DNA of 64,000 bases from a virus. Location of the stretch: the IMG/VR virus record IMGVR_UViG_3300010224_000001, positions 64,001 to 128,000 of that record, one strand, 5' to 3'. The position numbers and the translations under genes are program-made. Each line of letters begins with the position of its first letter. Position 1 is the first letter of the stretch. The notes under the pieces were generated by a model, which was not told the DNA's origin, ran no database searches, and saw only the letters and a list, made by a program, of their open reading frames with translations. This document shows, piece after piece, positions 1 to 10,842 of the stretch.

Positions 1-2
1 AT

Positions 3-1019
3 TCAGGTGACGGTCAAGATGGTGGTGATCCGACTGTTCCGGATGAACCTGCTCAAGAAACTGGCATCAACATTGAGAACGGTGAACGTGCAGCTCAACC
101 TGGTGAACAAATCGAACCGATCGAAACTTCGAATCCGCCTGACTTAGTAACGAAGACGGTTCTCGAATCACATCGTTTACATGTCGCTAACGAAGGTATT
201 GCGGGTGCTGTGCTGGGTTGGGTAGCTGGTGTATTTGGTTGGGGGATTACTGGCGCAGTTCTTTCCCATACCTCTGTTAAACTGAAGAAAGAGATTGAGG
301 AGCTTTCGCGCGAGCTGGATAAAGCTATTCGCGACAACGGCAAAGAAGCCGTTGAATCGGGTAAGATCAGTGCTGCTGACTTCAAGAAGAATGTCAATGT
401 CGGCGCCCGTGGCATTCTGCGTGGTTTAATCTTTGGTACGTTCCCAGGCCCCTTCTACGCTGCGTTTAAAGGTAGCGAAGTAGAAGATCTGTATAAAGAA
501 CTTGCACTGAAGACCAAGCAATTAAATCGTATTCTGGAAGCTGCAAATAAGAAGAAAGATGTTTCTTTAGAATCGCAAGCGCAAGACGCGGTTCTGCTGC
601 AGACTTTGCAACATGCTCTGACTCCGCAAAAGCCAGACGATGAAGAATACGAAATTCTGTACGCGGTGGATGAGACCCAGATCAATGCAGAAAACGTGAT
701 CGAAGTTGCTAACCTGCTCAAGACGGAAAATCCAGAAACTGTCAGTGTTCTGATCGACAGTGAACTTCCCTGCAACGATATCTCTGGTGACGTCGCTAGT
801 GAAGACGCAGTATCGCTGGAAGACGAAGGTGCTGATGCTGTTGTTGTGAAAGCTGACGGTGACAGTACGGAAGAAGTCGTGGAACAAGCTGAAGCTACTC
901 AAGACAATGTTGAAGATCAAATCAATCCGCTGAAAGTCAGTCTGGAACAACTGGTCCTTGGCATGGGTGGTAAAGTGTACTATTCGTTCGGCGAGTACCT
1001 GGCTTCGCGTCGTAAATAA
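3..1019 (+). CDS. Virion head protein, probably proteolytically processed (5' partial; frame is open from the window start)
   Basis: Frame is open from nt 3 (SGDGQDGGDPTVPDEPAQE...) into the track ORF 210..1019. Acidic flanks carry S/A-x-E motifs (VANE, VSLE three times) typical of phiKZ-type head protease substrates. Confidence 0.65.
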   Translation, partial: SGDGQDGGDPTVPDEPAQETGINIENGERAAQPGEQIEPIETSNPPDLVTKTVLESHRLHVANEGIAGAVLGWVAGVFGWGITGAVLSHTSVKLKKEIEELSRELDKAIRDNGKEAVESGKISAADFKKNVNVGARGILRGLIFGTFPGPFYAAFKGSEVEDLYKELALKTKQLNRILEAANKKKDVSLESQAQDAVLLQTLQHALTPQKPDDEEYEILYAVDETQINAENVIEVANLLKTENPETVSVLIDSELPCNDISGDVASEDAVSLEDEGADAVVVKADGDSTEEVVEQAEATQDNVEDQINPLKVSLEQLVLGMGGKVYYSFGEYLASRRK

Positions 1020-1028
1020 TTCATCTTG

Positions 1029-1070
1029 CATAACTAGCTAGTGGTAGAATCTACCACTAGCTTTATGACG
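1029..1070. terminator. Intergenic hairpin flanked by CATAA / TTATGACG
   Basis: Perfect stem AGCTAGTGGTAG-AAT-CTACCACTAGCT (1036-1062), then TTATGACG. Confidence 0.7.
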
Positions 1071-1119
1071 GCAGCTCTCTCATTCTGTGTAGATACTTCC
1101 GTCCATTAAGGAAAAGAAC

Positions 1120-2490
1120 ATGCAGGACTTAAGCGCGAATGATTTAATTGAGATGGATGCAAATCCATTTCTCGATGAAAACGGTGTACTTGATGAAGAA
1201 GCGTGGAATGAATTCTCGCAACTCATGCTGGAATCGTACTATGCCGACAAAGCCAATAACCAGCCATTAATTAAAGATGTATTCGAACAAGAATGCCGTG
1301 ACTTGATTGTTGGTCCTGAATTAGCTAAACGCATTATTCAGTATCAGTTAGCATTTGTGAATAAGAACGAAGACCACGTGAAGTTCTTTGGTGGTCACCT
1401 AACTGGTGTGCAAGTCGTGCGCTTTGTTACCGCTGACCGTGAAATGTGGTTTGAGAACATTCTAGGTGTTGAAGAAGAAGTCTTACGTCATCGTCTACAT
1501 GCGTTACCTACGGTGCATGCTGAACGTAATGTGGCTTCTGATACCTTCAACATTTCATGCGGTTGGTTAGTGCATGCCATTCTCAATGCGCGTTCGATAC
1601 CTGACACTCTTAAGCATGATGCAATTATTTCGACATTGCTTGTGCTGCAATACAAGTTTATTACCAGTCGTTTGTTTATTCACTTCCGTTTCCCTGCAGA
1701 CCCTGCTGTGGCGGAAGCCGCTTACTCTTCATTGTCTAAGAAATTTGCTTTAAAGCAATATGGTAGCTGGGGTGTGTTACTGAAAGCTCGTGCTGAAAGT
1801 ATTGTGGATCATGCCAGCATCCACTATAACACCTTAATGCGCATGGACAATGACGTAGCGGTTGAGTATTTCTTAAACGACATGAAAACACGTATTAACG
1901 ATATGCTCAAGAACATCGTTAACGTGACTTTCCAAGCCGCCGCAGCTGGCAACAAAATTGTTTCCGTATCTTCCGTGTTGGAGCACGACGGTAAAGAGAT
2001 TTTACGGGACCGTAATAAGAGCTTGACAGTTTACTTACGTTACATCAATTCGATTATCACTGATAAGAACTCATTCATTCGTCCTGAATTGTTAGTGATT
2101 ATCGAGAAGATTATTCTAACGATGCCGCCTAAGTTATTCCGTCAAACTTTGATCTGGATGTCTGAAAACTATCGCTCGGCTAGATCGACCGATATTGAAG
2201 AAGTAGTCAGAGAAATCATGGTACACTGCTTTGATTACTTAGCGCATAATCGTGCAGCAACATCAGATAGTCACGATATTCCTGGACTGTTAGTGAGGTT
2301 ACGCGGTGTGTATACCTCAGCACGATCGACTGATCCTGTTTTGTTAGCATTACGAAGCAAGACAGAGACGCTTGTCAAATTAGCTACAGGTAGCAACAAT
2401 GTAAGTCTTTTACCGCCGGTTCGCACTGGTGTCATGTTGTACATCGTTTTACGTGCATTAACGATGAAGCACTATGTAAACAGCGTATAG
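1120..2490 (+). CDS. Conserved phiKZ-like hypothetical protein
   Basis: 456-aa ORF with AAGGA RBS, next to terminase. NEDHxxFFGGxLxG motif is recalled from phiKZ-related phages; function not recognised. Confidence 0.6.
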   Translation: MQDLSANDLIEMDANPFLDENGVLDEEAWNEFSQLMLESYYADKANNQPLIKDVFEQECRDLIVGPELAKRIIQYQLAFVNKNEDHVKFFGGHLTGVQVVRFVTADREMWFENILGVEEEVLRHRLHALPTVHAERNVASDTFNISCGWLVHAILNARSIPDTLKHDAIISTLLVLQYKFITSRLFIHFRFPADPAVAEAAYSSLSKKFALKQYGSWGVLLKARAESIVDHASIHYNTLMRMDNDVAVEYFLNDMKTRINDMLKNIVNVTFQAAAAGNKIVSVSSVLEHDGKEILRDRNKSLTVYLRYINSIITDKNSFIRPELLVIIEKIILTMPPKLFRQTLIWMSENYRSARSTDIEEVVREIMVHCFDYLAHNRAATSDSHDIPGLLVRLRGVYTSARSTDPVLLALRSKTETLVKLATGSNNVSLLPPVRTGVMLYIVLRALTMKHYVNSV

Positions 2491-2519
2491 AGCCGCGGGT
2501 TCTATAAGGAACTGAAGCA

Positions 2520-2921
2520 ATGCAATACCTTACGATGTTTATCGGTCTCCTCTTCATGCTCTACGACCGCATCAAGGGAACCAAAACTGTATATGAAATC
2601 TTAGGCCCAAACAACGCCTTAGGTAACTTACAATACACAACGGATTGTGGTTACCAGCTAACGATTTTCTGTCAGCGTAAGGAATATTTGGTGAAATACG
2701 ACAAGTGGTACATTCCGAATCGTAGTCATCGTACGTATCGCGTTATGAGTTTAGCAACTGGTGATGTTCCATGTAAGCTTCAGAAGGCATGTGAACTGGA
2801 TATTGACTTACCCTCGATGGTGTCCAACGTCGCACCAGAAAAGTATATTGCTAAAACGATGATTAACGCTTATCTCGACCTTCTGCAGGCGAAAATTGGT
2901 AAGCTTGAATGTGCAGCATAA
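2520..2921 (+). CDS. Hypothetical protein with N-terminal hydrophobic segment
   Basis: 133-aa ORF, AAGGA RBS, starts MQYLTMFIGLLFML. Confidence 0.55.
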   Translation: MQYLTMFIGLLFMLYDRIKGTKTVYEILGPNNALGNLQYTTDCGYQLTIFCQRKEYLVKYDKWYIPNRSHRTYRVMSLATGDVPCKLQKACELDIDLPSMVSNVAPEKYIAKTMINAYLDLLQAKIGKLECAA

Positions 2922-2924
2922 CAG

Positions 2925-2962
2925 CATAGAGAGGAGGGGATAACCCTCCTCTCTTTATGCCG
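2925..2962. terminator. Hairpin between convergent genes followed by TTATGCCG
   Basis: AGAGAGGAGGG...CCCTCCTCTCT stem, then TTATGCCG. Confidence 0.7.
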
Positions 2963-2971
2963 TCTGTTTGA

Positions 2972-5197
2972 TTAATACCGCTTGAAAATACCGCTACTTA
3001 AACGACGCAGACTATTATAGTAGTCGTCATCCGTATAAGTTTGTGCTCTGCTACTATGCTGTTGAGTACGACGATTGGTCTTCTTATTTTCCTTGATGTT
3101 GTTAATGAGTTGGTCCACGCTATTGAGCTGAACGTTCTCATACGACAAACCGCGTGCTAAGGTACGCAGTTGGTGTTCAAGGGAAATACAAATGTAATCA
3201 TCAGTCTCTTCAGTTAACTGCGCAGCAATCTTCTGAATCTTATCTTGAATCATTTGCTGCTGAATCAAGATAGCGTATTCATCCGGTGTGAGCTGTTTAT
3301 GCTGACTCGTTGCAATATCCGTCATCACTTGGGTGATACCGTAGTGAGACAGGTTAACACCTTTGGTCAAGAACCAGTTAGTGAGTAACCAAGCCACCAC
3401 CATGTCGTCATGACCTTTTACAGCGTGGTCAATCCTACCGCCTCGCGTTTGTAAGCCAGAAATCTGCGAGATCAAGATACTGTCTTTAACACGATCGCAG
3501 CCACGCTTGGCAGCTTCCTGTAATGTGTTACCATACAGTTCGTTACGTGCATTGACACCACTACCTGAAGTGCTAAAGCCAAACGCTGCTTTGTTACGGA
3601 TATAGACTTCTACATTCCGGCGACCAATCGGTTGACGGATTTCCATATAACGTTCACGGTCTTCTTCAAACTCTTGCACGACCTTGTTATACATCCGGGT
3701 AAATGGATCAATCCCACGCTCCAGTAACATCTTGATTAAGATGTCCATAATCGCAGCACCCGTACTACGACGCTCAATGATTAAGGTGAGGTTAGGATAC
3801 TTAACTAACAACTCGACCAAGAACTTAGCAAAACTAAGAATGTTGGTTTCATTGATGTTGGCACCACCGACCACATCCAACGTACGTGCATCTGTAAACA
3901 CCAGACCAATGTCATCTCGACCTACAGCATCACTGGTATCCACACCCAACACGACTTTGTTTTCAGCCATGTAAGTTTCCAGGTGTTCTTCAGGCACATA
4001 CCAACGAATGATGTAACGTTCTGGATTATCAAAGTCCGTATACGGATTACCGTCTTTACTGGCTGTAATCTTCTTAAGCAGTTCAGTTGACAGCGGGTGG
4101 TTTTGCGTACCCGAGGTCCACACGTTCATGTAGTCTCGTTCTGCAGCATCCCCTTCCGATTTAGTCGACGCCATTGCGCGGTTTAACCATTCATCTGTAT
4201 AACCTAATTGACGATGACTAAAGGTTGCATTGATCTGGAAGAAGCCATCTCGATTCTCATCGCTTCGAGAATTAGCCCGCACCATCTTTTCTAAGTCAGC
4301 ATTGTTTAAGCAATCAAACACCTTCTCAGTCCAGACCATCGATTCCATCAGAATCTTGTAAATGAAGGCACCTTCCTTTTCATCGCGCTTACCTGCAGTT
4401 GTCGTCAGGATGGTGCCAAATGGCGCACCCACACGAGCTGCTCGGTCACGCGCCGCGTTACCAGACGAGAGCATAGCCGGTAACGAGATATGAATGTTTA
4501 CGCAGAAAGGACCCTCGTCAATATGGTTAATTGGCGAAGTGAAACCACGACCGACGTTAAGTGCAGCTTTCTCAGAAGCTTGCGGTAAGTGTGTCACGTA
4601 CCGGTTCTGTAGTGAACTCACACCAATTTCTTCAGTGTTGTTCACATCCTTCTTTGGATTACGCTGGTTAATGTAAGGCGGTAACTCAGCAAAGATGTTC
4701 TTAATTCGCTGCACGTTCTCCTTACGCAGCTTTTCATCTTTAGTCAACAGGTTAACCAGAGTGTTCTCTAACACCACACCTAACAGATACACCATCAATT
4801 CGTCAGTGGTGATTGACTTACCAGTCTGACGTGGTTGAATAAGAGTGATCATGATGTGGTTAAAGAAACACCACCAGAGTGCAATGTTACCACGGTTAGC
4901 GATAATCGGAATCGCATCTTCACCAGAACCACCAGGAATGCGTGCTACCTCTCGGAAGTAATACCAAGGGTTCATTTTGCATTCGACTACAATCATGTCT
5001 TTCTGTTCGCGCGTCAAATTCGGATCGTAAGGATCGACCCCTTGTAGACGCGGGTTAATTAACGCCAACAGAAAAGCATGATTCTTAATTCCCATTGATC
5101 GATACACAGAAGCTAAGCGTACAAAGCTTTGATTCTTCGTTTTAATATCGACTATTGCAGTGGGATATCTTGCCCAATCTTCACTGAATAAAATCAT
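2972..5197 (-). CDS. terL: Terminase large subunit (phiKZ gp25-like)
   Basis: Walker A PRQTGKS, Walker B HIDEG, motif III TTTAG, nuclease LGVD...D and C-terminal HDDMV. 741 aa, in the terminase-to-sheath block. Confidence 0.92.
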   Translation of the reverse strand: MILFSEDWARYPTAIVDIKTKNQSFVRLASVYRSMGIKNHAFLLALINPRLQGVDPYDPNLTREQKDMIVVECKMNPWYYFREVARIPGGSGEDAIPIIANRGNIALWWCFFNHIMITLIQPRQTGKSITTDELMVYLLGVVLENTLVNLLTKDEKLRKENVQRIKNIFAELPPYINQRNPKKDVNNTEEIGVSSLQNRYVTHLPQASEKAALNVGRGFTSPINHIDEGPFCVNIHISLPAMLSSGNAARDRAARVGAPFGTILTTTAGKRDEKEGAFIYKILMESMVWTEKVFDCLNNADLEKMVRANSRSDENRDGFFQINATFSHRQLGYTDEWLNRAMASTKSEGDAAERDYMNVWTSGTQNHPLSTELLKKITASKDGNPYTDFDNPERYIIRWYVPEEHLETYMAENKVVLGVDTSDAVGRDDIGLVFTDARTLDVVGGANINETNILSFAKFLVELLVKYPNLTLIIERRSTGAAIMDILIKMLLERGIDPFTRMYNKVVQEFEEDRERYMEIRQPIGRRNVEVYIRNKAAFGFSTSGSGVNARNELYGNTLQEAAKRGCDRVKDSILISQISGLQTRGGRIDHAVKGHDDMVVAWLLTNWFLTKGVNLSHYGITQVMTDIATSQHKQLTPDEYAILIQQQMIQDKIQKIAAQLTEETDDYICISLEHQLRTLARGLSYENVQLNSVDQLINNIKENKKTNRRTQQHSSRAQTYTDDDYYNSLRRLSSGIFKRY

Positions 5198-5207
5198 TTT
5201 AAATACC

Positions 5208-5266
5208 CGTCATAAACTCTTTCGATTAACTAGACTACTAGGGTCGTTACAGGCCCTAGTAGTCTA
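5208..5266 (-). terminator. Hairpin with downstream TTATGACG on the minus strand
   Basis: TAGACTACTAGGG...CCCTAGTAGTCTA (5231-5266), with CGTCATAA at 5208. Confidence 0.6.
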
Positions 5267-5270
5267 CAGA

Positions 5271-6977
5271 TCAGTTACCCTGATACACAGGCAGTGCTGC
5301 GATGGAAAGCTGGATGTCGGTATCCGGCGTACGCTGGAAGAACTTAATGAACACTGTGCCCGAGTTCGGGATCACGTGGCCAATAGTGAGGATGCTGTTC
5401 CATTGTGCGATCGGATAAGCGGCTTCCCACTGAGCCGTACCCACCGAGAAGTAATCCGGAGTCGGAGGAACCGATTCTTTCTCCTGATCAGTTAACGGTT
5501 TGGTCATGAAGTACAGTCGATTCAACCATGCGTCCACCGTAGCTTCACCGCAAGTCACATCGATAGTCGACATGTTTGCATTGATGAAACGCGTCGTTGC
5601 ATAGTTACCTTCACCAAACAGAATAGTCTGGCCAGGATCGAAACCAATTGCCCAGTTAGTAGTACGCTCCGTACCTTTCTGACGCAGAACGATATCGATG
5701 GTCTGCACATGGATATATGCTTGACCGCTCGGGAACACGTCCTTCAGATTGATCGAGACCGACAGCGATTGTTTACGACCATAACCAATCGGATCCCAGA
5801 CTTGGGAATTGGTATTGATCTTCACATATGGCGTCACTAACAGAGCGATATTGCGATCCAAGTCGTACAGCCACCATTCAAGACGATAACCATTGATCTC
5901 ATCGATCCAGACCGGATAACCGTACAGCTTCGGCGTATACATACCCACCTTGTTCAGCGTCTGTGCTGTATACGCTTTAGTGATGTTGCGGCTTTCACCG
6001 ACACTTGTTCCGTATACAATTTCACCATCTGACAGCTTATAGCTCAATACCAGCGGGAAAGTTTGACCAGCCACAGTGGCGACGTAGTTGTTAAAGCCGT
6101 AGATCGAGAACTTGGTTTGGTTCACCGGTAAACGAGTTTCACTACCGTCACTGTAATGAATCACGCCGATTAACGACAGACCTGCTAACGGCACATTCAG
6201 CGGATATTGCAACAGAGACGGATCAGCTGAAGAGATAAACGGCGATTCTAAACTGATGCCCGTAATATACTTGACAGATGAGTCAGCAGTTGGAATGAAT
6301 GCGGTATTCTCAACCAGCAGTTGGCATTTAGAAACCACATGACCGTCATCCGCATAAGCTACGATCGTGATCACTTCACCGTCTGGTAAGTCTTCCGTGG
6401 TATAGCAAGTCGGAATGCACTTGACGGCTTTATTCACGGAGTTATCCATCGCCGCCAGTTCCAGAGGAACAGCTTGACCTAACAGATCGCCAGACGGACT
6501 ATACAAACCACTGATCACTTTAGCGTTACCAGTCAAATCGCTACCACGCCATACCTTTACCGATGTCGCTGTCGTACCAAAGAAACGCAGACGCTTATCC
6601 ACGCTCATGGTGTACGGCATGACGCTCTTGTCGATGTAGATACGATAGGTATCTGAAATCGTACCAGGACCGACACCTAACAGTAAGTCGTCAGGGCTGA
6701 TGGTTTCATTCGGTAATGCGCCTTTTATTTCACGCATTGTAGGAATTAACGTGGTTTGATCAAGCTTGATAACTTGATACCACTTAAACGAAGTGAGGTC
6801 AACAACAAAGTCGTCAAGCTTCGGGACGTAGCGATTCGCACCAGCGCCGCCCGTATAGATTTCACTTAAGCTCCAGATACGGAAGCGTTCCGCCGGATCG
6901 TAAACCGGTTCTACGCCATCTGTACCTGCCGAGCTATTGAGTACGGAGATTCCCGTATTGTCAGTAGAGCTAGTCAT
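5271..6977 (-). CDS. Virion structural protein (phiKZ gp26-like)
   Basis: 568 aa, beta-rich. Synteny terL-gp26-gp27-gp28-sheath. Confidence 0.65.
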   Translation of the reverse strand: MTSSTDNTGISVLNSSAGTDGVEPVYDPAERFRIWSLSEIYTGGAGANRYVPKLDDFVVDLTSFKWYQVIKLDQTTLIPTMREIKGALPNETISPDDLLLGVGPGTISDTYRIYIDKSVMPYTMSVDKRLRFFGTTATSVKVWRGSDLTGNAKVISGLYSPSGDLLGQAVPLELAAMDNSVNKAVKCIPTCYTTEDLPDGEVITIVAYADDGHVVSKCQLLVENTAFIPTADSSVKYITGISLESPFISSADPSLLQYPLNVPLAGLSLIGVIHYSDGSETRLPVNQTKFSIYGFNNYVATVAGQTFPLVLSYKLSDGEIVYGTSVGESRNITKAYTAQTLNKVGMYTPKLYGYPVWIDEINGYRLEWWLYDLDRNIALLVTPYVKINTNSQVWDPIGYGRKQSLSVSINLKDVFPSGQAYIHVQTIDIVLRQKGTERTTNWAIGFDPGQTILFGEGNYATTRFINANMSTIDVTCGEATVDAWLNRLYFMTKPLTDQEKESVPPTPDYFSVGTAQWEAAYPIAQWNSILTIGHVIPNSGTVFIKFFQRTPDTDIQLSIAALPVYQGN

Positions 6978-6989
6978 ATTTTTCCCAGA

Positions 6990-9578
6990 TTAAGATTTCA
7001 AGGTGACGTAGTGAGAGATGCTCACCGAATCATTGAAATAGAACTTAAGCACACGCAGCATGAAGCGGTACTGGAACAGGTCAAGCGAGATCACGGTATC
7101 GCGATAGTACGGATGCACAATCATGAAACTGTCGTCAGCCTTATGCTCTTCCAACGCTTGGTCATACATCAGCCATTCTTCATACGGTTTACAAATATCC
7201 ATCAAGATATTGTCGTTGTATTGACCGTAGATCCGACTATCGTTTAACAAGCCAGTTTTCAAATCGTCCAGAATTGACGATAAGAATGGGCTATATACCG
7301 GGTAGCGTTCGGCGATAGACGTCGGTTGAGTGAAGGATGGCGGCGGCATCTTAAGTGTCATATAGTCCGCCACATGCTTGTCAGTATCCTGAGCAATTGC
7401 ACGCAGTTCGTAGGTCTTCCCTATCGTCGATCCTCGCATTGGCACCACAATGTCGCGCACCAGATAAGGCGTACCGTCAGCCACACCAGGCACATTCACG
7501 CCAGAATGGTTTTCAGCAAATCTCAATTCACTACGGTCGTAGACTGCACCACCTACGTTGATGTGCAATACCTTATCATCACGGATGTCAAATCGATTAT
7601 TGTTCGACAACACACCGTGCGTGATAAAGCCTACATCACGAATCTTCTCACGAGTGAGATCAGATAAGCAGTGACCGCTAAATCGAATATGAATCAATTG
7701 TGCTTGCGATTCAGGATTGACCAAGTGCTTCTTGTTAGTAATCACGATCTTCGGGAAATTGACCACGTAGTCAACATCTTCAATCAATGCTTTACCGTTT
7801 AAGAAGAGATCCAGTTCACCCATTGGCACTTGCATGACGGTATTAACCAAAGCACCACCACGGTTTTGCTGCGAGGTTAAGCTAAACTCCAGTAGACCAG
7901 AAGTTACCATTAAGCTTAAATCGTAAGCCAAGAAGTCACGATTACTGCGCACCATGGTGTAAGTTAACGTCGGATCAACTAACCATTTGAGTTGATTACC
8001 GGTGATAACAAACGACACATTGTCATTGGTCACGTCGCGCCAGATATTGTCCGGTAAACCACCTACCACATTGCAGACATACATGCGATAGTCCAACGAA
8101 GGATCAATCTGAACAAACTGTTTACCGTATTGTTCATCAAGCGCAACCACACCATAGCCAGTTAACGCTTCCACCAGGTGTGTGTCTGTACCTTTCGCCA
8201 CATAGCCCGGACCATACGCATGTTTCTGCCAGTTGGTTAAGTAACCTTCGAAACTGTATTCATACAGCGTCGAGCGACTTTGCAGATTTATTGGTAAGTC
8301 AACAAGCAATTGGTTCGATACATTCTTCGTAAACAGAGGCGACGGTGCTAACAGTTGGCTGATTGCGTTATAACCGTAGGCTTGTTGCACTAACTGCGGT
8401 GTGATGTTCAACACTTGCGAACGCATCACCTTGGTATAGGCAGAGTTCTCTAAGCGATCAGCTTGCCATTCGGGCACAACTGAATCCACACCGACAATCG
8501 CTGCAGCAATTTCCGGATCAGGTAACTTGTACAGTTCCTTAATGCGATTCGCTTCATTCGGAAGCACACGGTCATAGCCACTCTTGCGAATGTGCGCACG
8601 CAGTATCAGATTGTTGACATCAGTCCATTCTGGATTGAAATCTTGATAGGCGACCAAGTATTGCACAGGTACGGAGTAATCCTTGTGCGTCACTTGACGA
8701 ATCGCGTCTGGTTGGATGCGGTGATAGTACACACCCTTGAAACGATTCTGACTCGTTGGTTGGTACAAGAAGAAATCGATATCGTCTTGATAATCGATAT
8801 TGGCAAAGTTACCATTTGGCGTATGGAGCAAGTACTTATACTTTTGATCCATCGTACTGTTGAAAGTCGGTAAGTCTTTCAACGGAAAGTCGATCACGGA
8901 ATAGATCGAACCATCGTAGACAAACTCAACCACATCACCAATGGTCGCTGTGAAGAAGTCAACTCCGCTTACACGGTAGCCATTCACAAACGCATAGGTT
9001 TCACCGATCCTGGTTTTAGCAGCATCATACAAGTGCTGGATAGCCAACAGATCATCTGAAGAACGAATCGTCTTTCCTTGCACATCGATGAATTCGTGCA
9101 GTGCATCGACTCGGTTACTATTGTAGTAAGCGTTCGAATACACTCGGAAGTATAGCGTCTCTTCGTTTAAGTTAATAGGAATTAAAGGTTGTTCTTGTAC
9201 CGCTAAGATAAGTTCATGGTCGTGAGTCACCATGTACCAGCTCGTATGCCGCGGCATCTGAATACCTTTAGCACTGTACAAGTCTACGATTAATCTTTCA
9301 CTCCGACACACGTCTGAGACTTTATACCAGATACCATAAGCACTTGGCATTGCCATACCGAGGAGTTGTGGATAGATCCCACTTAAGTCGTAGATGTGGA
9401 AACGTTCGCCCATCACAGGCAATTTATAACGACGCCACATCACGCCGCTATCAGTATACACGCCGCCATACAGCGTAATCTTTCTCGGCGCAATGATGAC
9501 CTGGTTATCTTGATCAGGTGTGCACCAAAAACTACGTATGGCTTGAGTGACGAGATAATCAGCCATGAATGTCCTCAA
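6990..9578 (-). CDS. Virion structural protein (phiKZ gp27-like)
   Basis: 862 aa with N-terminal WCxPxQD motif; synteny. Confidence 0.65.
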   Translation of the reverse strand: MRTFMADYLVTQAIRSFWCTPDQDNQVIIAPRKITLYGGVYTDSGVMWRRYKLPVMGERFHIYDLSGIYPQLLGMAMPSAYGIWYKVSDVCRSERLIVDLYSAKGIQMPRHTSWYMVTHDHELILAVQEQPLIPINLNEETLYFRVYSNAYYNSNRVDALHEFIDVQGKTIRSSDDLLAIQHLYDAAKTRIGETYAFVNGYRVSGVDFFTATIGDVVEFVYDGSIYSVIDFPLKDLPTFNSTMDQKYKYLLHTPNGNFANIDYQDDIDFFLYQPTSQNRFKGVYYHRIQPDAIRQVTHKDYSVPVQYLVAYQDFNPEWTDVNNLILRAHIRKSGYDRVLPNEANRIKELYKLPDPEIAAAIVGVDSVVPEWQADRLENSAYTKVMRSQVLNITPQLVQQAYGYNAISQLLAPSPLFTKNVSNQLLVDLPINLQSRSTLYEYSFEGYLTNWQKHAYGPGYVAKGTDTHLVEALTGYGVVALDEQYGKQFVQIDPSLDYRMYVCNVVGGLPDNIWRDVTNDNVSFVITGNQLKWLVDPTLTYTMVRSNRDFLAYDLSLMVTSGLLEFSLTSQQNRGGALVNTVMQVPMGELDLFLNGKALIEDVDYVVNFPKIVITNKKHLVNPESQAQLIHIRFSGHCLSDLTREKIRDVGFITHGVLSNNNRFDIRDDKVLHINVGGAVYDRSELRFAENHSGVNVPGVADGTPYLVRDIVVPMRGSTIGKTYELRAIAQDTDKHVADYMTLKMPPPSFTQPTSIAERYPVYSPFLSSILDDLKTGLLNDSRIYGQYNDNILMDICKPYEEWLMYDQALEEHKADDSFMIVHPYYRDTVISLDLFQYRFMLRVLKFYFNDSVSISHYVTLKS

Positions 9579-9626
9579 GAAAGAAATGTTACCGCAGTAT
9601 CGACCACGGTAACACAGTAATCAGAA

Positions 9627-10610
9627 TTAACGCAGATCAGCCGAAGCTTCACTCGTTTGAGGAGCCAGAGCTTTTACTGCACGCACTAACATTTCTAAAC
9701 CGTCTTTATAGTGACGTCGTTCGCACAGCTTAGCAATCGTGGTAAACTTAATCGTTTTGTTGATATAAGCTTCCAGCAAAATTGCTAACCAGCTAGGCGG
9801 ATGTTCCAAAGCCACTGCAACATTCTCAGCCGCATTGTCACCAGCCCAGGTGCCTTTTAACAATGCAATCAAGACGCCAGAATTCAATTCTTCCAGGCGC
9901 ACATTCCCCAGATATTCTTTGGCTTTCTTGCAGAAGTCTTCTACTGAGATAATCAGTTTCACACTGTCGTATGCAGTTAACACATCCGGCAGATCCACCT
10001 TCAATGCGTTAGCAATACCGGCCAGGTAACGATTCTCTTGTGCCTTGTCGTATTCCAAACCATCGATGTGATTTGACGAATAAAAGATAGCAGCCAGAAT
10101 CATCAGGTTATATTGTGTCTTAGGGTCTAGGCCATAACGACGACTCAACGTCTCTGAAATCCAGCTTGCGTAGATTGACATGGCAATTGGTGTTAAGCTA
10201 CGAATTGCGCCCGGTCCTTCTTTCAACCACACCGCATTTAATGCAGCACGATAAAGACGAGTCCGATAAACACTACCGTTCGTGACTTTATACGTACCGC
10301 TACCCGTTACACCACCATCAGTTCCAGTTACACTCGCATCTCTTACGGCAGGACGGATATCAATAGCAAGCAAAGCTTCTTGTGCGCTATCGACTACCGA
10401 TCCGTTAAAATGCTTGGCAATTAACAATGGGTGATTGAATGCAGGAATAGCAGCTTGTGCACCTCGGGTAGAGAACACTTGAGCAGTATCATCAGCAATC
10501 GGTAAATAATCTCGAATTCTGGCCTCGGCAATTGCGTCGCGAATCCGTTGCACACTTGACGCAGTACCATTGCATGCGGTGGTGTCATACGCCGTATGGA
10601 AAATAGTCAT
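9627..10610 (-). CDS. Conserved protein (phiKZ gp28-like), divergent from the sheath gene
   Basis: 327 aa, AYDTT and ALEHPP motifs; synteny. Confidence 0.6.
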   Translation of the reverse strand: MTIFHTAYDTTACNGTASSVQRIRDAIAEARIRDYLPIADDTAQVFSTRGAQAAIPAFNHPLLIAKHFNGSVVDSAQEALLAIDIRPAVRDASVTGTDGGVTGSGTYKVTNGSVYRTRLYRAALNAVWLKEGPGAIRSLTPIAMSIYASWISETLSRRYGLDPKTQYNLMILAAIFYSSNHIDGLEYDKAQENRYLAGIANALKVDLPDVLTAYDSVKLIISVEDFCKKAKEYLGNVRLEELNSGVLIALLKGTWAGDNAAENVAVALEHPPSWLAILLEAYINKTIKFTTIAKLCERRHYKDGLEMLVRAVKALAPQTSEASADLR

Positions 10611-10842
10611 TTTTTCTTTCCTATTTCAATTCATTTTTTAGTGAAAAAATATTAAACACCCTTAATCTAGCCGTCATTCTATGTCAAACAAATGTCGAGC
10701 TAGCTCGGGTTGTTTTAACGTTACAGGGAGGATTGAAAGCATGCCTGCCAGTATTTTTTAAAGATTATTATGATGCTGGGCATCGACTTCGCAACAATAC
10801 CAAAATCATACCATTCATTATTAGTGACAGGAACCTGACATA

